A stretch of 64,000 bases of DNA from Selaginella moellendorffii (taxonomy: Eukaryota > Plantae > Lycopodiophyta). The first letter of the stretch is position 1. Every line of letters begins with the position of its first letter. Below the pieces are notes generated by a model, which made no database searches, was not told the DNA's origin, and was given only the letters and a program-made list of their open reading frames with translations. Location: the NCBI RefSeq assembly GCF_000143415.4, contig NW_003314271.1, forward strand, positions 2,671,729 through 2,735,728. The letters run 5' to 3'. The position numbers and the translations under genes are program-made. Below, one piece after another: positions 47,800 to 60,336 of this stretch.

Positions 47800-50700
47800 T
47801 AATAGATGTAAAAAATCGAGAACAATAAGAGCACATATCATGCCTTTCGATGCACAAGGCAGTCCCAGCTTGACACCATAATCTTTACACCAGACACCTA
47901 TAGCAATGAGAGATGAAAATGCCTAGAAACTTAAATTCACTAGCACCTCAGTTTGTAAATTTGAGAAAGATAAAACTTTAATTGTGACTATAAGTGCTTT
48001 AGATATACAACACCATCGCGAAGACTCTGGGCCGCCGGAATGTTCGAAGTTCTTTTACACCACCTCTTCGCTCCAATGGGGGAGGAACAACCAGATAACA
48101 TGTTATCCATCATGTCTTGAGCTTTCAATATTGGAGTAGTATCATTTTCTTCCTCCTACAAGAAGAAACAAACAAACAGTTCTTGGCTAATCAAAGCTAC
48201 GAAACCACCTCATTGGTTTCCAATTTGGTTTCAGAAAGTTCTACCTACAAGAAGGAAAAGTTTTTAGTTCTGATCAAGTGGAACTTCTTATTACCTTTTT
48301 GAGTAATTACTTTCATGGTGATGTCTAAAGGGCTGCATACTTCATCTTCGTCATTCTCCTCCACGTTATGTAGTGATGGTGTGTACTCATCCAAGACATC
48401 AGAAAATACAGTAGAATGAGGCTGGATTATCAACCAAAGTATTCTCCCTCAGTGACAAGCAACTTAAAGGCCAGGTTGTTGATGGGTTACAATAAAACAC
48501 AGGAAGCTCCTTGAATGAACAATGGTGCTTTTGCCTACGAGAAAGCATTGAAGTGCACAAGGACAGAGCTATTTCGAACACTATAATCCTGTTTGAGGAT
48601 CTCATCTTTGGTGATTTCCTTGTCAACTACCACTAATACAACCTTCAGCCAGCAACCACTTCTGGTATGGAAAATCTTGAAAGATGCCTTGTTTGCTTTC
48701 GAAGGCATGTTTTATAATGCAGCATATAAACATTGATGTCTGATGGCGCCCAGTGGATTGGATGGTGTCCTGGATCTTGTCTGAAAAAGAATGTGTGGAA
48801 CACATAGCTGCACAAACTTCTAGGCCCCCTCTATGGTCAAACTTCTATGGCCATATAGATCTTGATATGTGCAGAGAACAATGATTGCCATAAGTTCATC
48901 AATGCACTCCTTCATAACAAACAATAGCCTCTTACTAAACTTCTTGCACAAGTTGATTGCTAATATGTGCATCCCATCATAGACAAGGTCTAACAAAGGC
49001 TCAATTCTGTCAAGCCTATGAAGCTGCTATAGTTTTGATATGCCAGAACATCCCAAGAAATCAAAGTGCCTTTTGTTATCTTGCCTTTTGATTCATGGCA
49101 GACTTTGTTAATACCCTCATACATGCTGTGAGCTAGCCTTTTCTGTGGTGGAAACCTTGTTTGAAACCGATTCTTGACATACACATTATTCATCCACTTA
49201 TTTTTGTGCTCACTCTCTTTCTTGTAAGATCTTTGATATTAAGCAGTGATCTTGTCAATAGTGTGGCATCCCAGAGAGAAACATCCCTGTCTTGCACTGA
49301 GCAGGGTAGTCTCCAATAAATGCTAGAAGCATCACTCACAACTTGAAGTTCCCGCCAAAATCATTTTGATAGTTGAAGTCTGCATCAATGCCACAAACAT
49401 CTGCTCCAGGTCGTCTACTATAGGCCTCAAAAATAACTGGAAGTCCTTCCAAATACTTTCGAGCACGTCTTTGGCCAGACTTGTTGAGAAAGGAATGAAC
49501 ACCAAAGGAAGAGGTTTTGACATTCCACAACTGAATTGTGGGGTCGAATTGTCAAAACCTCTTCTCCAATTAGCACCTGAGCTTCTATAACAGCATATGG
49601 ATCATGAACTATCTTTGAGCCTCTATACCCGTCCTAGTGAAACATCACAGCACAGTTTCTCGGATCACCCTGGCCAAAGCAAAAAACATTAGTATACAAT
49701 TACCTTGAAGGATGAATATGTGGTGCATACTTGCATCTGAACATTCGAATGCAACTGGATTCGAACGGGTATCGAACGTTTAATACCCGTTTAGCTTTTT
49801 TTCGAACGGGTATAATGGTTTTCAGTTTTAATATAATTTAAAAATAATTAACTGTTACTAAACAAAGTTTAACATAATATAATATAGGTTTAATCTTCCT
49901 CCAAATCTAGAACATCATCACCACTAGCACTGTCATCATTAAGTTGTTGAAGAGGTTCTTTAACAACCTCTTGAAGTGCAAAGATCCTTTGCCACTAAGG
50001 CTTAAGCTCAAGGTTATCAAGATCATGCTCAATAAGCCTCAAACTCCCGGACTTGATCTTCTGTACGACACGCATATTTGTGTGTACAAAAACCAGCTTC
50101 TCCGAGTTTTTGGAGAGCAGTCGAGACCTCCTCTTCATCTAGATCATGCTCCATGAGCTCCAGTTTCGCTCGCATGGTGAAGCACAAACTGGCTGACTCA
50201 AGATCCATAAAGCAAGCCTTTGAAGTTCTAGTGTGCCTACACCAAAGTTGCTCCACCAACTCACTGGGTGTTTCCAGTTCTCCATCTATACAAGAGAATC
50301 AGTCTAAAAAGTTGACAAACAAACAATTTATACACACCTGCTTTGCTGCCTCTAAAGAGAACAAATAGCCAAGTTGTTGACAGAAACTTTGAAACTCATG
50401 CAACAGCTTGTGTTGAAGTCCTTGATCTCCTTTGCAACACAACTCTAGGTACTCCACAAAATCTTCCTGAGCCTCCTGGTCAAGAGGGAGATGAAGAAAA
50501 GTTGGGTTTAGAACAAAAGCAGCTCCATGCAAGATTGAATGCATTTGGAACCAACAAGCTGCTTTCCGACCTCCCTCACCATGATCCTCCATCATGAATT
50601 TGTTGATCTCCTCAACCTCTTCCTCGGCTCAAATCCCAGTCTCAACAACCTCTAAAAGCTTCTCATTCATCCGGTCCATAGCCTCAAAAATGAGACCGGA

Positions 50701-52950
50701 AGTTGCCCTCTCTCGGTCAGCAAGCTTCAAGACCTTGAGGAGCAAGCAGTCCAAGCAGCACCAACAAGTGCTGGCACCTAGTCCAGAAAGAGTTTGGAGT
50801 CTCTTCTAAGATTTGAGTTCAAATGCACTGGGCTTTGGCGGTCTTTGTGACGTCCAATCACCACCACTCGGAGCTCACAACCTTCTCCTTCAATGCCTCC
50901 AAGGTCGTCAGATTCAGGAGTTGAGATATCACTAGAAACATGTAAGCGAACCTTGTGCTCGCTGGCTTGATGAGATCCCGATTACTCAACTTCCAAAACA
51001 AAGCTAGAACACGAGGTTTTTTGGTGATAAAAGTTACCACCTCATTGCAGCCTTTCACCAGTGGTTTTACCCATGACAAGCTCCCGATATCTTCAAAGAG
51101 AAGGTCCAAGACGTGGCACACACACCGGCTGTGGAGAATGTGAGGATACTCAGCTGTCATGAGTTCTCCCATCTGCACACAGTTTGATGTATTGTCAGTG
51201 ATCACGTAAACAATGTTTTCTTCGCCAACTTCTTGAATCACTTTCTTCAGCTCGACCTAAATCCACTCTCCCATCATTGTCCTGCCCTTGGAATCTACAG
51301 ACTTCAAGAAAACCGAACCTTGGACATTGGAGGCCATGAAGTTGATCAAGGATCGGCTACGGTTGTCAGACCCTAACTCCATATCTTCTCCACCCCTCAC
51401 AGATTGGATCAAGTCGAGCATTGACACTATCATAAAGCTTCTTCAGCTGTGTACTTTGTAGCTTCTCATATCCCATCATCTGTGCAAGAGCTCCAAGGCC
51501 GAAGTTGATAGCAGCTTGAAGCAACTTCCTCAGATTTGGCCTCCGAATGGTGTTGAAAGGGATATTTTCAATGTAGAAGAACTCGGCCATGGCATCATCC
51601 AGACATTGAACCTTTGCAGACTTCATCGTCTTTCAAATGCCACCATCCAGTGCCGGTGCAGCACTTTGTTTAAGACTGCTGCTCTCGGAAAGTGGAACAC
51701 TGCCACTGCTCACCTCACCCAGCCCTCCAATAGCCCCACCACTTGCCTTGCAGCTGGCACCACTGCTCACCTCACCGACCTCAGTCTCATGAGCTAAGGC
51801 AAGTCTCTCTTGGGGACTTGCTGCAATCATGGAGCTCTTCATGAATTCCACACGATTAAAAGATGCCCGAGCCTTGTTCACCACCTCCAGTGGCACCTGT
51901 CCTGTACAAATCTCTACATTCCTTCTTTTCACACCCCCAAGGTGAGCACTAACTCATTCAGCCGCACCAGTGTAAGTATTCAAGCAATACTTACACTTCC
52001 ATGGACTCATGTTGTGGCTTGTCTCAGATGTTGGCCTCAGTTTCAGAACATGAGCCCAACTCTAGCATGGCTGCCTTCCTCCCCCCATCCCGGACTTACC
52101 TCAGCGCTTCCTGATCCCACAAACCCTGATTTTACATGAACCCTAATCCTAAGTAAAAGAAAGCATATTCTTTGGGGTTTTTTTTTAATATTCTTGGTGT
52201 TTAAACACCATATTATCGTTTTAAACGGCATTTTTTATTAATCGTACCCATTCGAATGCAAGTATGATGTGGTGTTTGGATCCCAGAAGCTTCAATTCTC
52301 TCTGAACTCTGCTCCATTGTAGCTACTGCTCCTCCAATCCACTCTTGTTTCCTCCTCTTATGACAGTAAGTTCTGCTATTCATGAGCAGCTTGACTTGAT
52401 CTCCAAGATGAAAATAGTGGAAGACAACATCACATGGACTTCCACATCATGGACAATTTCCTTGGAAAAGCTCAACTTTATGGAATACCCCCATTTTAAC
52501 GATGCCACCATTCCAAACATCTTGTATCTAGACACGAGTCTTGCCACAGAGACGTTGGAGCACCCTCAAAGAATCTCGTTTTGAGCTGCTATGGAGAAGT
52601 TTCGCACGTCCATTGATTGTTGCATTCGTATAAGCACCCTCTCACTTCAACAAGCTCCGGATCACCATTGTCCAAGCCGTCCCTCGCTCCCCATCCAAGC
52701 TGTCCTCCTCGTCCTCAAGCTCTTGATCACCAAGTAGCTCCGGATTGTCCAAGCTGTCCCTCAGTCCCTGCTCATCCACAAGCTCCCTGCTCATCCTCAT
52801 CCAATCTATCTGTCCATGTCCTCCACTGGATCGCAACCATTCTCACTGTCCAAGCCGTCATTTCCAGATGAGAAATCTCACACTTCTTCTTCCAAACTAA
52901 GGCGGCGATGGTACCGTTTGGTTCGATCCGACAAAAGCCTTGCACGCACA
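47800..52950 (-). mobile_element. Decayed CACTA/EnSpm-like transposase region interrupted by a hAT element
   Basis: Remnants GDPRNC and PLPLVFIPF...FQLFLRPIVDDLEQMF resemble Transposase_21. Termini were not found, so boundaries are approximate. Confidence 0.55.
49726..52266 (-). mobile_element. hAT transposon with a disrupted transposase (BED, DUF659, dimerisation domains)
   Basis: Perfect 8-bp TSD ATGTGGTG at 49718-49725 and 52267-52274; TIR catacttgcat; motifs WKCKYC, ENIVYVITDN, CVCHVLDLLFEDIG and LHGAAFVLNP. Confidence 0.92.
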
Positions 52951-53115
52951 GTAGCAAATTTTCATTGGATCGATAAATACGCTTGGAAATCTTATAGGTG
53001 CTAATTTTCATTTCCCAGCCCTTTGAATGGCTAATATAAAATTAATCAGTCCATAATAAGATCTCAAATTTACTATAAATATCCCAAAACGTCCAATTCT
53101 GGCAAAAGCTAATTC

Positions 53116-54040
53116 ATGGCGACAATGAAAATCCTGGACAGCTTCGGCCGGCTAAAGCCACAGGATTTCCACAGGGACGCTCGCGTCGTAGTCTATGCAA
53201 GCTCCGAGGAAGGCAGGAGGCGCCAGTGTTTAGAAGATGGGTACGCAATAGGGTCCACTCCCAAGGCATCTCTGGTTGGAGTTTTCGATGGTCACGGCGG
53301 CAGGGCAGCGGCAAGCTTTTGCGCCAAGAATCTTTTCCCGGTCTTGGTGGAGGACGAGGGCTTTCAGAGCGGCACTGGAATCAAGCAAGCCCTACGCAAT
53401 GCTTTTCTCAAGATGGACGATCTCATGAGAGAGGAAAACGAGCAAAGATATTGGCAAGCTGGAACCACAGCGATTGTCGCTGTGGTGACTGAGAACTTTG
53501 TGTATGTTGCCCACGCAGGTATGTTTTGCACATGTTTTGCACAAAGAGCTAACCTCTGTGTGTGTGTGTGTGTGTGTGTTCTTAGGTGATGCTTTCTGTA
53601 GTTACCGCAAAGGTGGCGAGACCAAGCACTTGACAAAGGATCACTCGCCCCACGTTCCTGAGGAGCGAGAGAGAGGTGTGAAAGCGGACGCTATTTTCAG
53701 TTATGGGAGCACAGCTAGCAAACTGTACATGGGAATCGGTGACTCGCAACTCCTCATATCGAGAGCTCTAGGAGACCTTGACCTCAAGAGCAACAAGAAG
53801 CTGGCGTTTGACGAGCAGGTCATCATCGCGGTGCCGGATGTTGTGGAGCTTGAAGTTACCGAAGATCTCGAGTACTTGGTTCTTTGCTCCGATGGTTATA
53901 CCAGGAGAGACATCCAAAGGTTGGATATGAAGAGCTTCTCGATGAGCTCCGGCGTCTATCGGGAGGATCGTCAAGACGATGGAACTTACGCTATTGTCTT
54001 GTTGGAGAAAAACAAAGCCGCCGCCAAGCTAGATGGTTGA
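53116..54040 (+). CDS. Divergent protein phosphatase 2C, 285 aa; join(53116..53518,53586..54040)
   Basis: LED, GVFDGHGG, GTTA, HAGD, LTKDH, SRALGD and CSDG motifs; in-frame intron containing (GT)n. Confidence 0.85.
53557..53579. repeat. (TG)n microsatellite in the PP2C intron
   Basis: Uninterrupted tgtgtg run. Confidence 0.95.
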
Positions 54041-54170
54041 TCTAAAACGTTGGTCCGAGTGATCCTCGTTCGTTTCATCCTGAATTTGTTTTAAAATTTT
54101 ACAATCTCTTACGTCTCGCAAGCCATGGAATCTGGCCAAGAAAAATTGTTTGATCTATCTTCTACCTTGT

Positions 54171-55836
54171 CTACTCCAAAATGTCAACTGGCCAGAGCCT
54201 CTCCCACATAGAAATCTCATCCTTTGATCGTAGCTTCCGGATTCCACCATAGTATCCATCGGTTTCGTTGCCTTCCTCTCGGTGACTCACGCGATCGATC
54301 GGTGTTCGTTTCCACCTCGAGCCACTTGTGAACTGATTGAACACCAGCCATACGGTATCTACAAAAAAGCATTGGACTCTTTAATAAGAATGGCAAAAGA
54401 AAAAGACTCAAAGAGAATCAGAATACTTACTGTCACTCTGGCAAGAACAATGCTGACGACTGCTATTATTCCCGGCGTTGGAACATGAATCAGAGTGACC
54501 AACAATTCCATACCACCAGCCTGCCAGATAGAAAACAAAAACTTGTCTTAAGTTTATATCCGCTCGAGCAAAACAAACAGGAACACATACCGTATGGAAA
54601 TTCCTTGGTTCGTCTCCACTGGACTTCGATGTGATCACCGGGCCTAAGCTCGGCCAAGCAATCCGAGGTGTGTAGATCGTGAGCCGGAGTTTGCACGGGC
54701 GAGGCTCGAACTCTCTCCCAGGATATATCATCCTCCATAACCAGAGCTCGAGGTCCGTGTGGAGGATACCTGACAAAAAAGAATTCGATTCAAGAAAAAT
54801 CACATTTTTGCCGTGAAATTCGCGCAAACAACGCTTACCTCGCACGAAACGAGTCGCTCGAGCGAACGTAGCTGAGCTCCGCATCGTAGCAAGACAAGAG
54901 AAATCCGACATGTCCATTCTGTGGAGGGAAGTAAGCCGTGAGCAAAAGAGAATTCTTTGAAAGAACACGAAGAACACGAACCTCTCGGTTAAAGACTTGG
55001 CCACGAAACCACAAATTCCCGGTCTCCAGCGCCCAGTACCACGCCATGAGCGAATCCGAGGGCCTGGGCGCTTTGCTCCGCAACGCCATCAATCTTTCCC
55101 TGGCCACCGATAGCGGCCACAAGCAAGCGGCCGCGATCGAGGGCCACAAGAGCTTCCACCCGCAATTCGGCCGCTCGCACGCGTTCTTGGCAGCGATCTC
55201 TTGCGCAGTCCTCCCCTTTCTGGGCGACGATTCCAGCACGGGATTGCGGCACCACTCCCTGTATGCCCCTGGACCCGCGATCTCGCCCCATTTCTCGTAC
55301 ACTAGCGACTCCCAGAAATGGCCGCTCTTGCAGCGCTGCCGGAGCTCCTGGCACACGCCGCCCAATCGGAGGAGGCTGTCCGCCGGGAGCCTGGAGAGAA
55401 TGTCGTCCAATGCGAGATCCGGAAGATCGAGAATCGAAGTGGAAGAGGAAGAAGGGCAAGAATCCCCATGAAAATCGCCCTCAGGGAGGCCGGATTGATG
55501 AAGAACCCTCGGCCGCTTGATCAAGAACGCCATGGTCGCGGCGGTAGCAGCGGCAACGGCGGCGTGGATCCGGCGCAGCGATCGCGAAGCCCATGCCGGA
55601 GAGCTCAACCCTATCGATGCCTGGCGCTCGCCTCTGCCCATTGAAACCACGGCCGTCGTGCGGTTGCCGCGCGGCGCCGCGGCGGCAAACGTCCATACCG
55701 CCGCGGCGCACACCGCCGCCGCCGCCCACGCCGCGCGGTAGGCCGCCAATCCCACAAAGGCCGCGCAGCCCAGCGCCAGCGCACCGCGCGGCAGCGGTGC
55801 CTTGCTAGCTTCGCGAAAAATGCCGGGCGGGACCAT
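54171..55836 (-). CDS. F-box protein (At2g26850-like, Tudor-like C-terminal region), multi-exon; start codon uncertain
   Basis: F-box [18 protein letters not shown]; QVFNRE|[17 protein letters not shown]; [19 protein letters not shown]|GWWYGIVGH; GFYGGIRK. Confidence 0.9.
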
Positions 55837-57831
55837 TTTCTTTTCCTTCTCTTTTTCTTTTTCTGTTGGAGTCTGCGAGGGAGGGAGGATAGGGGATTCG
55901 CGTCCTTTTATACTGTCTGGCCATGGCTGAGACTCCCGGACGTACGGAAGAGGAAAATGGTAGTTTTTGACCGGCATGAATATGAATGGATGGCTGGCAG
56001 GCAAGCGGCAATTGCGACCGGCGAGCCCAAAATCATAGCATTGTATCACGTGTTTAAATCTAGTGCACACTTATTGTGTGTCTGTGGATGGACGACCGGA
56101 TTTTAAAATTCCCGCGCCCGCCATATTTTAAAAGAGCCGAAAGCGCCGCTTGGTTGGGACGTATGTTCCTCGCAACTCCTCCACTCCACACCACTGGTTT
56201 GAGTTGTGGATGAAAAGCTTTCCTAAAAACTCTGTCTGATAACAGCACGCCTCTGCAATTAGTTGCTGGCCATCCTGGAACAACACCGTCACCAACTTCA
56301 AACGAAACTCTAGATACCATCGTCCCTGCTTCAAGGAGAAGACCTCTCTTATATTCCGCTTCAAAGGAAGACATCTCCTGCGTAAATTATAGCTCCGATG
56401 CCATGCGTGGGCCCTCGTGAGCTTTTTGTTTGGTTTGACAATGTTGAGCGCACCTCTATTTTCTTAGATCTAAGATCTCTCTCTCTGATTGCTGGAGGTG
56501 TTAGGCTGGAGGTGTCAGGGAGATTTTGCTTGCTTGTGTGATCTTGCTTGTTGGTGATGTCTGATTCAGGCACTAATGTTCCTGCAGTCCAAAGGCTGAA
56601 TAGTGTCGGCCATGATAGTCCCGGAAAAATCTCCCAGCGAACCGTCATGTTTGACACGCCTCCAGAGTGGATCAACGTTCAATACAGTTCCAAGTGGGTC
56701 AATCGAACATGATTGCCTACATCACCTTGCATTTTAAATATTCCAGAGTGGACCAGTTAGGTAACTGACATCACCATGCATTTTAAAATTTCCAGAGTGG
56801 ATCAATCAGACAACTTTTCCATGTTCTAGAAGACATGAATTAGAAAAGTTTGCGTGGATTAGAACCTTATTAATTCTAAAGAGTTACTGTCCTGGGAGGA
56901 GCTCCAATACCACTTCATCCGCATGGAGCTTCATACAGGAGATGTGTCCTACCCGATCATCCTGCTCGAGCCTTGATGGAGCTCCTTACATGGAAAAGGA
57001 CGATCAATTAATGTGAAGACCCAGCGGCAGCTTAGCAACCTGCAAACGCAGCTCTAGATGCGAGCTATTGATGACTCCATCAGCCTCATGTACGAGCGAG
57101 ATGAAGGCCGGTGAGCTCAGGAAATGAACGGCAAAGCTTGGCCTTGATCTTGAGGAGACGATTATAGCTCGCAGGCTTTTGAGCAATGGCTGCTGGCAAG
57201 AACAGTGGGAGCCGTCATGTATGCTACCTACCCAACAATCAATCCGATGGGCATGGATCATCATGCCCCCGCTGGGGCTTGCTCGCATACAGATGTGGTA
57301 ATCACCACCTACGTGTTGAGATGGGCGCTGAGTTAGACCTCGCACATCTTCCCGCCCAGATCGAAGATGCCCTCTATGACTGTAGATATATGACCACTTC
57401 TGACAGCAGCTACCATTCCGGCCCTCCTATCCAACATTGATGTTGTGAGGTATCTTTTGGGGATAGAAGAAATCGCAAGCAGCTTCTGGAAGTCAAGGCT
57501 GGGCGAGTTCAAAGAGCGTAGGTAGTGAAAGTAGGTAAATAAACTATCACATGTTGAATATCTGATGTATCAACCCCTAAAGAAAAGTTGCTACATCCAT
57601 AGGGTCAGCGCAGTAGCAAACTTCGCGCGCGCCTTCATGTTTGCTGAAATGCTGTTAAAACCCTAGGGTTAGGGCTCATGTGTTTTTGTCAACGGCGTGC
57701 GAATCTTCATCACAAACGAGCGGATACTTTCGGGCGCGGGCCAGAATCCTGTCGCAACTATCGACAAAGTGATATAAAATGCGGTCGTCTTCGATCGACC
57801 AGCAGCGAAATCCAGCGAAGAAGAAATCGAT

Positions 57832-58800
57832 ATGGCGGCGCCATTCCCTCTCTTGGCGGCGGTTCTCTTCGTCTTTGGAGCAGCAGCAGCAGCGGCAGCT
57901 TGTGAGACGCCATCGCCAGCTCCAGCTCCATCTCCCGACGCCGATCTTCCGGATTATCCATCCGGGAGGGGAAAGATCGCAGCCTACTGGGGCCAGCACG
58001 ACGGAGAGGATGATCTCGATCAGGTTTGCAGCTCCGGGAAGTACAAGATCGTGATGCTCGCGTTCCTGGCCAGCTTTGGCAACTTCCTGGATCCGGTTCT
58101 CAACTTGGCCAACCATTGCGATCCCTCCAACGGCGGCTGCAAGGCTTACAGCAGCAAGATCAAAGCTTGTCAGGCCAAAGGCGTGCAGATCATCCTCTCC
58201 ATTGGTGGCGGAGCTTCCGGCGGGTACTTGGTCAGCGATGCCGATGCTAGAGATTTTGCGGAGAAGCTCTGGAACAGCTACCTCGGCGGGCACTCCTCGG
58301 ATCGTCCCCTTGGATCGGCAGTGCTGAACGGGATTGATCTGGATATCGAGGGTGGTGGAATCCCGGATCGATATGGAGTGATGGTGAAGAGCTTGCGCAG
58401 CCTCGCTCATGGGTCTGGCAAGAAGAAGCTCGTCGTCACCGCAGCTCCCCAGTGCCCGTTCCCGGATTTGAATCTCGGGACTGCCATCCAGATTCCGGGA
58501 CTCTTTGACTACTTGTTTGTCCAGTTTTACAATAATCCTTGCGGTTATGGTGGCGGTGGAGCTGAGAACTTGCTTGATTCGTGGAAGCAGTGGACTACCG
58601 CGATTCCAACCGCGAAGATCTTCCTGGGGCTTCCGGCTTCTCCTTCCGCGGCAGGCAGTGGGTTTCTCCCTCCGAATGTTTGCAAGTCGAGCGTTCTTCC
58701 GGAGATCAAGCGCTCCAAGAATTATGGTGGTGTCATGTTTTGGTCGGTTTACTATGATCAGCAGGAGCAGTATAGCGAGGCCATTCGTTCCAGTGTGTGA
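57832..58800 (+). CDS. GH18 class III (hevamine-like) chitinase with a Pro-rich N-terminal stub
   Basis: Signal peptide, YWGQ, LSIGG, catalytic NGIDLDIE, AAPQCP, VQFYNN, YGGVMFW. Confidence 0.96.
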   Translation: MAAPFPLLAAVLFVFGAAAAAAACETPSPAPAPSPDADLPDYPSGRGKIAAYWGQHDGEDDLDQVCSSGKYKIVMLAFLASFGNFLDPVLNLANHCDPSNGGCKAYSSKIKACQAKGVQIILSIGGGASGGYLVSDADARDFAEKLWNSYLGGHSSDRPLGSAVLNGIDLDIEGGGIPDRYGVMVKSLRSLAHGSGKKKLVVTAAPQCPFPDLNLGTAIQIPGLFDYLFVQFYNNPCGYGGGGAENLLDSWKQWTTAIPTAKIFLGLPASPSAAGSGFLPPNVCKSSVLPEIKRSKNYGGVMFWSVYYDQQEQYSEAIRSSV

Positions 58801-59167
58801 TCACGCACTGTTCCTCACCACGTACATAAATAGATTGATTCCTCCATTGTTTTGAATTCGAGTCACTGTTTAGCTATTTCATTCGTGGCATTCCCTTCTT
58901 GTGTAGCTATTCAAGTTCACTGTTGCTTGGAACACGCTTTGTATCTGATCAAGCAAGAACATGACAAGAGAAAGTGGTCACCAAGGAATGGATTAAAATG
59001 TAAGAGCCAAGAAACTCTGAGACATCCAAGTAGTACAAGCTACTCTGTCATTTGTGATGAAGTTAGAGCTGAATTGAGCACCTTAAAAGGCACCCTGATT
59101 CATCCTCCTTGCAACACATCATAATCCTCCAAAGCATCTTAGCTAGCTTGATCGACCGATAACTTCC

Positions 59168-60103
59168 ATGGCTTTCCTCGCAGGAAAAGCAACATTCCTT
59201 GTGATAGTCTTAGCAGCAGCAGCGACAATAGCAGCCGCTTCTTCTCCTCGCAGATTGCGTAGCAAATCAAGAGATGGAGGGATCGTCTCCTACTGGGGCC
59301 AGTTCGGGCAAGAGGGCCCCTTGGACAAAGTTTGCGCGAGTGGGAACTACGAGATCATCAACATCGCGTTCCTTAATGAGTTTGGAAACTTCCGGCAGCC
59401 CGTGCTGAATCTGGCAGGCCACTGCGACGCCACCACCTCGGATGGCTGCGCCGCCGTGGGCGGTCAAATCAAGTCGTGCCAGTCAATGGGGGTCAAAGTC
59501 TTGCTCTCGATCGGCGGCGCCAGCGGTTCCGCCCTATTGGTGAGCGAGGCCGACGCTGCCAATCTCGCCCACCAATTGTTTGACAGTTTTCTCGGCGGTG
59601 AATCCTCGTATAAGCCTTTAGGCGACGCTGTTCTTGATGGAATCGATCTGGACATTGAGTCGGGCAAGACCCCGAAGCTATACGCATCGATGGTCCGCCA
59701 TCTTCGCACCATTGCCGGGAGATCCAAGATTATCGTCGCTGCTGCTCCTCAGTGCCCGTTTCCGGACGAGAACCTCGGCTCGGCGCTCAAGGTTCCGGGG
59801 CTGTTTGATTTGATCTTCGTCCAGTTTTACAACAATCCCCCCTGCGCGTTCGATGGCAGCGATAGCAAGAAGCTCCTGGATTCTTGGAAGCAGTGGACGT
59901 CGTCGATCCCCATGGCGAAGTTCTACCTGGGATTGCCGGCCTCTCGCGCCGCCGCTGGATCGGGCTTCCTTCCAGCAAATGTGGCCAGATCCAGCGTGCT
60001 TCCCGTCATCAAATCGACTCGCAACTACGGTGGAATCATGCTGTGGGCTGTTTTCTTCGATCAGCAAGAGTCGTATAGCGATTCCATCCTGTCCAGCGTC
60101 TAG
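59168..60103 (+). CDS. GH18 class III chitinase
   Basis: Signal peptide, YWGQ, catalytic [21 protein letters not shown]. Confidence 0.96.
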   Translation: MAFLAGKATFLVIVLAAAATIAAASSPRRLRSKSRDGGIVSYWGQFGQEGPLDKVCASGNYEIINIAFLNEFGNFRQPVLNLAGHCDATTSDGCAAVGGQIKSCQSMGVKVLLSIGGASGSALLVSEADAANLAHQLFDSFLGGESSYKPLGDAVLDGIDLDIESGKTPKLYASMVRHLRTIAGRSKIIVAAAPQCPFPDENLGSALKVPGLFDLIFVQFYNNPPCAFDGSDSKKLLDSWKQWTSSIPMAKFYLGLPASRAAAGSGFLPANVARSSVLPVIKSTRNYGGIMLWAVFFDQQESYSDSILSSV

Positions 60104-60336
60104 ACCACGCTAGATTTGAGATTTCAAATAAGAATCTTTAGATGTATTCTTCTCAATGTCTTTAGCGCGCGAAAATGCCTTAAAAAAATGGTGAAGGATT
60201 CTTCGAGTGAAGTGAAGTGCAAGGATGGTCGCTTCTGTCACGTATGAAAATGCTGGATTGCTAGGATGGATTTAAACGAGCTCGTCGCAAACATCGCTAT
60301 AGTATCACATCCTTCTTCTCGATATATAATCGAGCT

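Noticed and set aside
56060-57500. Short ORFs and three copies of tccagagtgga
   Set aside because: No recognisable product; the repeats are too short and irregular to assign.
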